Shown here: positions 40,041 through 52,454 of the stretch, in pieces
How positions within the stretch are numbered: the stretch's first letter is position 1
Layout: every line of letters begins with the position of its first letter
Assembly: GCA_951406725.2 (NCBI GenBank)
Contig: OX597833.1
Coordinates: 67,766,001 to 67,830,000 of the forward strand
Direction: 5' to 3'
From: Octopus vulgaris
Lineage: Eukaryota
Length of the DNA stretch: 64,000 bases
The notes under the pieces: model-generated
What the model was told of the DNA's origin: nothing
The model's database searches: none
Seen by the model: only the letters and a program-made list of their open reading frames with translations
Position numbers and translations under genes: made by a program

Positions 40041-40784
40041 CCAGCCCGCTAGAAATAGCAGCCAAAAGTCGTTCAAAACATGTTTCGTAGGATTTAATAC
40101 AAGAAACGAATGATACGTGAGATAATGCATTCTTCGATATACTTGATAACTGTTGGTAGTAAACCGTGTGGCAGACGGAACAAGGAATGTTCACGCCTGG
40201 AATGTTCTAGATCAATGATGTCAGCGTGATCAGGTGGGGGTGAGACAAAAGCAATAACCAGAACAACAACAACAACAACAACATCAACGACAGGCAAGTC
40301 GAAGTCAATAAAAGCAAGTTTAATGCGAACAAACCTGTGTATATCAAGAAGGTTACTCTGCCACTTTTCCCGGCGTCTCTGCTTCCCGCCCCCCTCTCTC
40401 TCTCTCTCTCTCTCTCCCTCATTCTCAATCTGTATCACGCTGTTTCTGTCTGTCTGACTTTTGTCTGTCTTATACTTGGCACCTATAATGGTTTCCTCTT
40501 TCTAACTTTCTCCTTTCACTTATCTATCTGTCTGTCTCTATCTCTCTGCCTGTCTGTCTGTCTCTCTATTTATCTCTCTCTCTCTCTCTATTTATCACTC
40601 TCTCTATATATTTGTCCCTCTCTCTCTCTATTTGTCTCTCTCTCTCTATTTATATATCTCTCTCTATTTATCTCTATCTCTCTATTTATCTCTATCTCTC
40701 TATTTATCTCTCTATCTCTCTATTTATCTCTCTCTCTCTCTATTTATCTCTCTCTCTCTATTTATCTCTCTATCTTTCTATTTA

Positions 40785-40834
<50 letters not shown>

Positions 40835-40961
40835 CACATGTACACGTATATATACATGTTTACATGCATACGTATGTTATATATACATTTTCTAACATTA
40901 TTTCCACTTCACCTACATATCTTCACCCTCTCGTCTCATTACACGTGTGCGTGTGTGTCTT

Positions 40962-40995
<34 letters not shown>

Positions 40996-41135
40996 TGTGT
41001 CTATGTTTGCCTGTGAGTCTGTCTGTCTATCTGAGCGTCGGCTGTATTCCGTTCTATTAAACACAGAATAAATATCCAGAAACACAAACAAATCAAGAAG
41101 CCAAGAAACACGCCTACACACCTATCTATTCTCAT

Positions 41136-41182
<47 letters not shown>

Positions 41183-41212
41183 TATACATACATATATGCA
41201 TACGCATATGCA

Positions 41213-41251
<39 letters not shown>

Positions 41252-41420
41252 CGTGCATATCCACACACGTTCGTAGAATCACACATTAATATACCTGCGA
41301 GCAATCACTCACATTCCATCAAACACACACACTAACCTAAATACACACAAACACGGTCTCAGAAACTGCACCACATCGACATACATACATACGTACATAC
41401 CTATGCTCACACATGCGCAA

Positions 41421-41471
<51 letters not shown>

Positions 41472-42139
41472 AACCCCACATGTGATGGCGCGCCCACATG
41501 CACTCACAGATGCTCCAAACAACGTTAAAGGAAAACAGTTTCGTTGCCAAAGCGTCACTCTTTTCTCTCGTTTTACTGAGCCTCGTTATGAGTTCAGCCA
41601 AGCAGTCGGCCATTGAACAGAACAAATACACTTTCATCACACTATTCAATTCTACCCATTTTCTCCCCCACCTTACCTTTTCCCCCAAACACATTCACCA
41701 ATAATCGATCTGTCCGTCCTCGCATTCCTTTCTATTTCCCTCGTCTTCTTTCTTTCTTTCTCTCTTTTTTTTTCTCCATTCCTTCTTTTCAAATTCCTTG
41801 ATTTTATCACCGTTTTAGCTATGTCTTGTCTCTCTCCGTCTTTCTTATACATCTGAAAACGCCATTCGGCTTTTGCTTTGCTTTGCATTCTTTCATATCT
41901 TTTGTAATTCTATCTTAGCATCGTTCTTCCTTCACCATTTTTATCATTTTTTTTCTTCTCTCTTATTTCGTTCCCGTCTCTTTCTTCATTTCTATACATT
42001 CTTCCATATTTTTCTGTCTTGTTTTATACCATTATTTGCCAGTTTCTCCATCTTTAAAAATTTGTTTTCTGTTTCTAAGCATGTAATTGTATAGAAACAT
42101 ACACATGCATACAAACACACACGCATGCGCTCACTCACG

Positions 42140-42141
42140 TA

Positions 42142-42208
<67 letters not shown>

Positions 42209-42242
42209 GTATATATGTATATATATGTATATGTATGTATAT

Positions 42243-42273
<31 letters not shown>

Positions 42274-42317
42274 TATATGTATATATATGTATATGTATGT
42301 ATATATATATATATATG

Positions 42318-42356
<39 letters not shown>

Positions 42357-42445
42357 GTGTATATATATATATATGTATATATGTGTATATGTATATGTGT
42401 ATATGTATATATATGTATATATGTATATGTATGTATGTATATATA
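42140..42445. repeat. (TA)n/(TATG)n microsatellite
   Basis: Directly visible. Confidence 0.95.
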
Positions 42446-43551
42446 ATTTACAACCAATTCAAAGACAGAATCAGTAGAATGTCGAAATATTAGAATTGCG
42501 TCGAACATTTTTACATGCTGATAAAGCATGGCCCTATGGTTGTGTTTCGCCTCGTAAGAACGCTGTATGAATTCGATCCCACAGTGGAGCATTTGGGGGG
42601 TGAATTACACTTTCTATAGTATGAATAGTCACATTTCTTCTGAATAAAGTTTGGGTGGAAGGAAACTGCTTTAAAGCCTCTCTTGTGGTTTGCTTCTTTT
42701 GTTCAAAGAAATATCCTTGTTTCACGATCTGTGCTATTGTTTCTATCTCATGCACTTCAAAGGTACGAGGAATACACAGCCAGTTTCTATTTATTCAAGT
42801 GCAGATAATTCAGGTGTTTGAGCAACTAAACTTAATTCTCGTCGTCGAACGACGGAAAACCAACTATTAAAAAAATATTTTGAATAATAGCTGAGTTACT
42901 ACAATACTACAGACGCCAACGTACACTTTGTTCATAGGAATGAAATTTCAAAAATTAAGAAATTACAATAAAATTGAAGAAACAAATGTTTCATTTGCAT
43001 AAATCCTTCCATAACTACTGTCATTTACACATTCTCTTCTCCACTACGTCTGGGTTAGTTTCTCACTCAGTAGCATTACTCATTGCCTGCCATCAATCCT
43101 AGTATGTGCAAGCGTCCAGTTCCACTTACACTAACTCTATGTCTCTCTTTACTGTATCCCCACACGCCACTTACACGATGTAAAGCATGACCAACCAACA
43201 AACATTAATATCAGCTATTTTTTCATAAAGCTCTCTGTCCCTACAATCTGCGTAATATCCATATCAAATTTAATCTAGAAACTGCCAGAGTACAGAATGT
43301 GTTAAATGTCAATTAAGTGGTGTGACGTCATTTTGTTCAGTAGCTTGTAATGTTTGAGCTGACCTGATTACAAAATCTCTCGGACCCTAAATACTTTCAA
43401 AATGGTCGCAGCTCTTGTTGTTGCTGTTTGCCGATAGTTAGCCCTGGATTAACTCTGGTAGGGCAGACATATAACCAAAAGGTATTCCAACAGTGACTTC
43501 ATCATTTAAATGAATATTATGTAATAATTTTTATTTCAGACAGTAAAGGCT

Positions 43552-43614
<63 letters not shown>

Positions 43615-43659
43615 ATTTACATATTTGCTAATAATGTCATCGAGGGAAGCATCGTGAGA

Positions 43660-43846
43660 GCAAACACACACGCACACATATATATATACATATATACGAC
43701 AGGCTTCTTTCAGTTTCCGTCTACCAAATCCACTCACAAGGCATTGGTCGGCCCGGGGCTATAGCAGAAGACACTTGCCCAAGGTGCTGAACCCGGAACC
43801 ATGTGGCTGGTTAGCAAACTACTTACCACACAGCCACCCCTGCGCC
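43660..43846 (-). mobile_element. SINE family 1 5' half with internal deletion
   Basis: Reverse complement of 30838-31020. Confidence 0.85.
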
Positions 43847-45957
43847 TGGTCGTTAACTTCCTGTAAATATGAAAGCGTGCGAATTCAATGGACCTTGGTT
43901 GCTATTTTTAGCAGACCATATGACCGAATAGGGGGGTTCATCCATTGGTTCTTCCATTCCCCCAGTCTAAATTTGGTTAGTGTCCGTTGAATCGACCATT
44001 CCGCTCCATGATCGCTTTTGATCATAAGGATATTCGATGAAGTTGGAACTGATCGATCAGTGCTGAGATCGATCAGTCTTGAACGGATGGTTGGTCTAAA
44101 CAATAACGGCGACAACAAGAATAACAAGAGCAATATTAAAAAAAAAAAGAAAACGATAAAAACAAAAACATCGTAAACGATGACAACACCAACAACAACA
44201 ACAGCAGTCATTGACCGTTCAGTCTGAATATTTAGACTATATTACTCATATCCGGCAGACGTTTGAATGGCGGTTGTTACTCACACTGTTGACTCTGCAA
44301 AACCATTAAAATGTCAACCACCGAATCTATGGAGACAAACAACTGTGTGGCTTAACACGTTTCTTACAAAAGGACGAGGTTCCTCCTTAAATCCCTGTGT
44401 TTACCCAAAGCTGTGTAGTTTGTATGTGACACACGGAAGCCGTGGTAGAAGCTCTAAGTGAATGTGTGTGTGTGTTTGTGTTGTTCAATGCTCGAAATGG
44501 GGACTACATAGACAGCCGACAAATGATGAAGGGTCATTCTTTGTGTTACCTGTCCTGTTTTCCATTTTTTTCTCTCGTTGTTTGCGTATTTAACTCATTT
44601 GTTTTCGTATTTCACGTTTGCTGTTGGTAACGTCCTGTACCTATATATATATATATATATATATATTGTATTATAAGTTGGTAAGTACGATCCAGGGATC
44701 CAAGTGTAGGGAGTTTGTAAGCTTCGAGGATTTATGCAACTAGTACAGATGACGAAAGGTGGACAATGTAGGATAAAATGAGTTTATTAATATCGTTGTT
44801 CACACACTTCGTCCTATATTGAAATTTTAAAACAAATTGATAAGCTGACTGTCACCATACGATTGTTTGAGTTCTACATTGTTTCAATCCCTTCATTTAG
44901 TTGTTAAGATGCGAATAAAAATCCAAAAATGTGAGGAATGGAACAAGAAAACAATAACCCATTCCACTCCAGACTCTCTCTCTCTCACACACACACAGAC
45001 ACACACACACACACACGCACACATTTATTTGCATTTATGCACTGTCGATCGCAAGAGCGTGGCTTTTATTTCCGCACCGGGTGGTGCCTTATGTTTTTGA
45101 GCGAAACACTTCGTCTTAAAATCCTTCTGCAATCACTTCGGACTCGGACAAAGTGATTGCCCACTCCAGGCACCTGTACAGGTAATATTGATTTAAAGTA
45201 GGGAATGAAACAATGAACAAACAAACAAATATTTGAGCGCTGTAAACAAATCATTTTTGCTGGCTGTTTACCAAAGAAATGAGCAATCCTCGTCTGTCGT
45301 ACAGAACAGGAGTCCGCCGTTGGTATATAAAAAGACTGAAATATTAAAGAGAAACAAAGCTATGCTGTTCACTAGAGTAACGTTTGTTTAGAAGCAAGTT
45401 TGTCAATCAATTTGAAGGTTAAACAGTGGAATATTAAACATAATTGTCAGCCTTTTTGTTTTTGTAGAAATGTTATGCACACATAGAGCTACACAGATAC
45501 ACACGTGCAGTAAATAGTCCGAGAGAGCAAGCAGTACCGGTGCAAGAATTTTTTAGAGTGGATAATGTGTTGCACCGAACTGAACTCTCGTTTCAGCGCA
45601 AACGGCAATAAAATCAGTGGCATAACAGAGATCAAACCACCAGAGATCAAATGTACTCCAGATTCTTTTTTTTTCATACGAGTTTACCTTCTCTTCGTCT
45701 AACGAGAATTAGGGGTCTTTCACTGCCAGTTGTCCACATGATAGTTAACCTGTAGATGGGGGCCTAACAGGTGCCACTACTGCAGGCCAGAGGAGGCCTG
45801 GAACAACAGTGGTTAAGAAGGGATTATATACTCCGCAAAACACTAGATCTCCTGAACCACGACCCAGTTGCCGGTTGTAAGTATTGTAGGTATGTGTGTG
45901 TGTGTACATATATATACGACGCAGAGTAGATATACGGAAAACTTTAAATAGCTAAAT

Positions 45958-46135
45958 TTATCGCTAGCCACTAAACCTTTATTTTCTTACCCTGTTTATT
46001 TCTGCGTTCCTTTTCTGTTGAAGAGCGTAGGCTCGAAACGTAAAAGACTTTCTCACTTCCAAAGCGTTAAACTAACACATCTGTTTATTGTTTAATCGCC
46101 CGTTTTCGCCTTTTTGTTTTTATAAATTCCAACTA
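45958..46135 (+). mobile_element. Pseudo-LTR family C with hammerhead variant at 46011-46046
   Basis: TTTT-CTGTTGA-A-GAGC gtag GCTC-GAAAC-GTA-AAAG. Confidence 0.75.
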
Positions 46136-46157
46136 AATTGACGAAACTGGACCGTAA

Positions 46158-46243
46158 ATACCCTGACGAAACTGGACCGATAGTTTAGGTGGGTTGCAAT
46201 TGCAACGGTTACAAATCGGTGTAGGTGAAACATGTGTAGGTAT
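46158..46243 (+). ncRNA. Intact type I hammerhead ribozyme with extended stem II
   Basis: ATACC-CTGACGA-A-ACT gg ACCGAT..GTTGC aatt GCAAC..ATCGGT gta GGT-GAAAC-ATGT-GTA-GGTAT; palindromic ACATGT; predicted cut after 46238. Confidence 0.82.
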
Positions 46244-46284
46244 GTGCGTGTATGTATGTATGTATGTATGTATGTACATACATA

Positions 46285-46384
46285 CAGCGGGGTGGCGTCA
46301 TTTGAAGGCTAAAACAATGCGAAGCGCATTGTGACCAGCGATGTGTAGCAACATCTGATAGCCTGGTCGGCCACGGTGATCACG

Positions 46385-46389
<5 letters not shown>
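46285..46389 (+). mobile_element. SINE family 3 3' part
   Basis: Matches 23311-23408. Confidence 0.85.
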
Positions 46390-46442
<53 letters not shown>

Positions 46443-47098
46443 TATATGTAAGTATGTAATGTATGTATGTATGTACACACGCAGACTACACAGAGCACAG
46501 TGTTTCAGGGCTTTTGACGATTAGAGTAACCGGAGAGAGACAGTGTTTGAGTACTCCGCAGATTTGATATACTGTATGGCGTGGCCTGACCGAAGACTAC
46601 GGAAAAATATTCATTTGCCAAGAGAATCTTCGCAATGAAATCGAACCCGCTGTCCTCACGAGTTCAAATCGAACTTCGTTACCATTTCGTTTGACTTGGA
46701 ATTTCCCTATATTTTTTTCGTTCCAGTTTCGTTTCTGTAACAAAATGAATTATTTTCTATTTACTTCTTTTATTCCATATTTAAAAAAAAAAAAAAAATT
46801 ACTTTTCCTTTTTTTCTTTTTTTTTTCTTTTTTTTTTCGTTTCCCGAATTATTGCAATCACTTATAATTGATTGATCTAATTATCTTTTGATTTATTTAA
46901 TATACATGTCTCAGGCATTTATCGATTATCTTTTGGTAACGTTTATATTATTTATGTCGTTGCTGTTATTGTTATTGTAGTTCTGGGTGTGTGCGCGTGC
47001 GCTGTTGCTTTCTCTCCATTTTCGTCCTTCTGTTGCTGTATTCTGTTCAATCTTTCCTTGTCGCTTTTCAGCTCTGACCCACAAGTGCTCTCTCTCTA

Positions 47099-47177
<79 letters not shown>

Positions 47178-47289
47178 CTCTCTTTCACTCACATTTTTTG
47201 TTCTTTAATATCATCAACTCAGATATTAGATGTGGTTCAGTTAGGGATCTATCTCTCGATCAAGCTGTGTATATGTGTGTATATGTGAC

Positions 47290-47593
47290 CACGTGACCGA
47301 CCAGACCATCAGATGTTGTTACACATCGCTGGTCACAATGCGTTCGCATTGTTTTAGCCTTTGAATGACGCCACCCCCGCTGGCTAAGCGAGCAGGCCAA
47401 CAGAAGAAAGAGTGAGAGAAAGAGTGATGAAAGAGTACAGCAGGGATCACCCCCCCCCCCCCCCCTGCCGGAGCATCGTGGAGGTTTTAGGTGTTTTCGC
47501 TCAATAAACACTCACAACGCTCGGTCTGGGAATCGAAACCGCGATCCTACGACCGCGAGTCCGCTGCCCTAACCACTGGGCCATTCCGCCTCC
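47290..47593 (-). mobile_element. Full-length SINE family 3
   Basis: Reverse complement of 23075-23408. Confidence 0.92.
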
Positions 47594-47769
47594 ATATGTG
47601 TGTATATGTATTTCAGTAAATATATGTATTTCAGTATATGTATCCTTGGTGCCAACTGTTCACATGATTGATGAGAGAGCATCAAAAATATAAGCGTTGA
47701 TAGATGGGTCCCTGACAATAAATAAAACGTTACACACTCCTGGTATGCAAATGAGTAGCTCCAGTTTTC

Positions 47770-47945
47770 TGCAGCTACTGGATTTGTTTAGCATATAAAC
47801 ACTTTGGCAGCTCGTCTCCCTGGGATTGGTCAGAGACATAGACACCTGATGAGATCCCAATAAGGTTCGAAAACCGAATGACACTGTTCACCATTTCTTC
47901 ACTTTGCTGAGAGATAGCTAAATTTGCCGTATCTTTGTATCTACT
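47770..47945 (+). mobile_element. Old pseudo-LTR family E with decayed hammerhead (47841-47889)
   Basis: CTGATGA-GATCC caataa GGTTC-GAAA; homologous to 61580-61750. Confidence 0.6.
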
Positions 47946-49126
47946 ATATAGGTTACACATAAGTGTGTGTATGCACACATACACACATATATTTATATAT
48001 ATATATAAATATATATAAGAAGCGCATCTTGATATAATTAGCTAACAGTACATTGAAATCTGATGCAAAACTGAGTTGAAAAGTGCGTCGCATTCTCATC
48101 TTTACAAAAGATGCCAACAATTATCAGGTTAGACTACTTATGTTATCGAGTCTGTGGGGTGAGACAGAAACAAAGACAAGGAGGAGAAGAGTGCGGGAGA
48201 GAAAGAGAGAGAGAGAGTGGAAGATAATGAAAAGTAAATTTATACCCGCTGGCAAACGTCATGATGATGATAATAATGCTGTCTTTCCAATAAGAACAGT
48301 ATTTTTGGCAGGAGTTAATAGGTATGGGGAAAACATGAAACGGAACAAGTGTTTTACTGGCATTTTTATAGTTTAATAATTTCCGCAACGATGAAAAGGG
48401 AAAAAGTAAAAAATCGATTTGGTTATGTTTTGCGGTAAACACTGAGGTGAAAAAAAAAAAAAGAGGGACCTGGAGACTAAAAAAAAAAAAAAAAAAAAAA
48501 AAAAAGTACCAATGGTATATTTGGCTCTTTAGCTCTATATATTGAACACACGCGCATACACACGTAACAAATTGATATCGATGTATATATATATATATAT
48601 ATCGATCGATATATAAATCGATATATACACATGAAAATTGTTTGTGTGTGTAGATGTGTGTTTGCGTAAGTGTGTATGCGTACATATATGGCAATATAAA
48701 TAAATATGTATATATATGTGTATATATATGTGTATATGTATGTATATGTGTATATGTGTGTGTATATGTGTGTGTATATGTGTGTGTATATGTGTGTGTG
48801 TGTATGTATGTGTGTGTATATATGTGTATATATATGCATATATTTAAGTAGAGATTTATTCGTATATATACATACACACACATTTTGTTTCAAATATTGG
48901 CACAAGGCCAGCATGTTTTTTTAAGGATAGGATAGGGTTGGTTGTTACTCGATTTTACTGTCTTTCCTCATTCGGGGTCGATGAAGTAAAGTCGACTTCC
49001 ACTTTATTTAAACTCAGAATGCAGAAAGAAGCGAAAAAGATGTCACAAACCATTCTGTCCGATGCTCTACATACGTACACAAACGCACGCATTCGCATAC
49101 ATGCAGGCGTATGAAGTACACACACA

Positions 49127-49714
49127 TTCTCTTTTACTCTCTTTTACTTGTTTCAGTCATTTGACTGCGGCCATACTAGAGCACCGCCTTTTATTCGAGC
49201 AAATCGACCCCGGGACTTATTCTTTTGTAAGCCCAGTACTTATTCTATCGGTCTGTTTTGCCGAACCGCTAAGTGACGGGGACGTAAACACACCAGCATC
49301 GGTTGTCAAGCAATGCTAGGGGGGGACAGACACACAAACACACACGCACACACATATATATATACATATATACGACAGGCTTCTTTCAGTTTCCGTCTAC
49401 CAAATCCACTCACAAGGCATTGGTCGGCCCGGGGCTATAGCAGAAGACACTTGCCCAAGATGCCACGCAGTGGGGCTGAAACCGGAACCATGTGGTTGGT
49501 TAGCAAGCTACTTACTACACAGCCACTCCTGCGCCTATATATACATATATACGACAGGCTTCTTTCAGTTTCCGTCTACCAAATCCACTCACAAGGCATT
49601 GGTCGGCCCGGGGCTATAGCAGAAGACACTTGCCCAAGATGCCACGCAGTGGGACTGAACCCAGAACCATGTGGTTGATTAGCAAGCTACTTACCACACA
49701 GCCACTCCTACGCC
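49127..49714 (-). mobile_element. Full-length SINE family 1 (49127-49535) with a tandem repeat of its 5' half (49538-49714)
   Basis: Two near-identical head+core segments in the same orientation. Confidence 0.92.
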
Positions 49715-50514
49715 TATATCTCTACATGCGTACACGCGCACGCTCTTCGCAGAACATCAGACGCGCCGCACAGATTCGCATGCCTACGCACGCAAACGTA
49801 GAGCGACGCGTGTTCGCGCACACAAACACAAAAATATTCGCGCACCGCGATAAACAAAAATAAGTACACGCATTAAACTTCCCTACCACCACATTCACTC
49901 CCCACACGCATTCCTCCCCCACCGACCCCTTAATCCCCACCGCGCAGCCACAGCCACAGCCTATCCCCGATCCCCCCACCCTCACCCCACCAAAAAGCAC
50001 TCAGAAATCCTGAAACACATTCTTTCAAAAAAAAAAAAAAAAAAAAAACCAACAAAATCTCATTCAATCATTTTGTGAATTCCTCTGTCAATCTTTTCGC
50101 GCCATTGATCATTTTCATCATTTCATCGACTCTCCTTTTTATTTCTCTTCTCTCCATCCATACATTCATAAACCCATTATATATTTCAAATATTTCTTTT
50201 GTTCACTTACTGCCTTTCATATTTACTCTTTCCTCTCCTTCTTTTACACATCAGCCAGCGACTTACTACTCCTAATCGCGACAGCCACGATACCTCTAGG
50301 TGGCCGTTGGATATGCAAGAAATAGCAACCAAATCGTCTCCCTAAACTCCAACGCCGTCTACTTAAAGACAGCAAATATAAATAATGTTCGATATTAGAT
50401 CCTTCGTTTATCCAGTTCGAACTGCATGATTAAATTTATTTTAAATTCTTTAAATTGTGTCATCTTTAAAGCTGCGTCCATACTGGAGCACCACTGTTGC
50501 TGTAAAGAAAATAA

Positions 50515-50895
50515 TTATGGCTGTGTGGTGAGAAGTTTGTTTCCCAGTTACATGAATCCAGGTTCAGTCCTACTGCGTGACACCTTGGGCAAGTATCTTT
50601 TACAATAGCCTCACGCTAGCCAGTTTTTTTCAGTGGATTGCATAAATGGAAACTCAAAGAAGCTCTCCCTGTGTGTCTGTGTTTGGCCACCCACCCCCCC
50701 TACCACCACCACCACTTGACAACAGATGTTGGTGTATTTATACTCCCGTAACTTAGCAGTTCGGTATCACAGGCCGATAGAATAAGTACATGACTTAGAA
50801 GGAATATGTCTTGGTGTCGATTTCTTCGACTAAAAGGCGATGCTCCAACATGGCCGCAGTCGAATGAATGAATGAAACAAGTACAAGAATAAAAG
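50515..50895 (+). mobile_element. Diverged SINE family 1 copy
   Basis: tggctgtgtggtgagaag...ccttgggcaagt...ctccaacatggccgcagtc. Confidence 0.8.
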
Positions 50896-51199
50896 ATTGT
50901 AAATATGTGTGCGCGCAGCAATATTTGTCTGGTTCCCAAAGCATCAAATGCCGAAAATGAACTTTCTTATCTTCCATTTTAAAGGGTTACAAAATTAACA
51001 CAAGATATAGGATCATAAACCTTCTTCCACGAAAAGATAGCTTAAACTGTGCTCTAAATGGAGGTGTAGTCAAATCCTATTTTATGGACTCAACCATGTT
51101 CTAAAATAAGTCGAAAGGTAAGCTACTATAAATCGGCACGAACTTTCCGGACAAACCAATAGTTTCATCTTTAGGCACAAGGCTAGAAATTATTATTGT

Positions 51200-51380
51200 T
51201 ACGAAGATGGGCTGGCAGAATGGTTAGCACACTCGGCAAAATACCTAGCGGCATTTCGTCTTTCCTTACGTTCTGAGTTCAAATTTCGCCGGGGTCAACT
51301 TCGCCTTTCATCTTTTCGGGGTTGAAAAAAAAAAGAAGCACCAGTGAGTCCTGGGATTGATATAATCGATTAGCCCCCTC
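51200..51380 (+). mobile_element. SINE family 2
   Basis: Family 2 head and central domain. Confidence 0.8.
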
Positions 51381-51424
51381 TATTATACCTCATACCTCAT
51401 ACCAAAATAATAAGTATCATTATG

Positions 51425-52048
51425 GGATCTTTTCCTTTTGAACGGCAGATGTCAACACAATTTCTAGTTAACTAAACACTTTTAAACTTCGTATACTGGT
51501 AGAATGTGTTTATAAAACATCATTTTCTCTTGGTTTTATTGAGAAAATTCTATAGTTTGTAAGATATTTCGTCTGAAAATCCGAGCATTTCGGCAATTTT
51601 AACCAATCGATTACCTCCATTCAACTAAAATCATTTGCTGCGTCTAAAACTGAGACAACATCCTGTTACTAACCCTAACCCTAAATTTTTTTTCTTAATT
51701 GTTAAATTAATTTAATTCCATTGCTTTAGTTTTGTTTTACATGCGTAACAATTAAATTAATTTAACAATTAAGAAGAAAAAAATTTAGGGTTAGGTTTAG
51801 GGGGGAGGTTTAGGGTTAGTTACAGGATGTCTCAGTTTTAGACGCAGCAAATGATTTTAGCTCAAAAGAGAGCATAGGATTGGTTAAAATTCGAAAAATT
51901 AAACTACGTTAAACAAACAAATTACAATTTTCTCAAGAAAGCCAAGAGAAAAAAATGTTTTATTTTGACACATTCTACCAGTATACGAAGTTTTAAAGTG
52001 TTCATTTAGTTAACTAGAAATTGTCTGCCGTTCAAAAGGAAAATATCC
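51425..52048. mobile_element. Merlin-like non-autonomous fold-back DNA transposon
   Basis: Begins GG and ends CC; perfect 8-bp TSD TCATTATG (51417-51424, 52049-52056); ~285-bp imperfect inverted arms with internal TTAGGG-like repeats. Confidence 0.85.
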
Positions 52049-52322
52049 TCATTATGTTCTAAAATAAGTCGAAAGGTAAGCTACTATAAATCGGCACGAA
52101 CTTTCCGGACAACCCAATATTTCCCCCATTCTATCTGTCATTCTCTCTCTCTCTCTATATATATATATTGTTATATAGATACGTACAGTATGTTTTTCAA
52201 ACAGTTCCAGATTTTGACACTGCGTCTGACCTCATCTCTGTATATTTGGCTTTGTATCTAAATATCTTGCAAACAACTTGCACATGCAAGTGCTACCAGT
52301 TAAAAGCTCCGTATATCGGAAG

Positions 52323-52434
52323 CTAGCAAGTGTATGGGGTCATCAGGAGAGAATGCGCGCCGTTTCGGGGCCTACCTCTCGACGGCATCAATGCGCACCG
52401 GCCCCCCTCACTGATATGAGGCCCCGCTTGCTAG
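52323..52434 (-). ncRNA. Structured 3' UTR RNA: rearranged (non-circularly permuted) hammerhead-like fold
   Basis: GTC, GAAAC and CTGATGA each flanked by perfectly complementary arms (see findings). Confidence 0.72.
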
Positions 52435-52454
52435 ATCAGCTGGTTATGATGAAC

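Noticed and set aside
51672-51819. Telomeric repeats in opposite orientations
   Set aside because: Only a few units, internal to the arms of the TSD-bounded MITE; not a chromosome end or fusion
52340-52372. Conventional type II hammerhead reading of GAAAC...CTGATGA in the HERO UTR
   Set aside because: CCCC after CUGAUGA cannot pair with CCCC before GAAA, and the 15 nt between the halves are too short to hold stem III, an NUH site and stem I; only the rearranged fold satisfies all pairings
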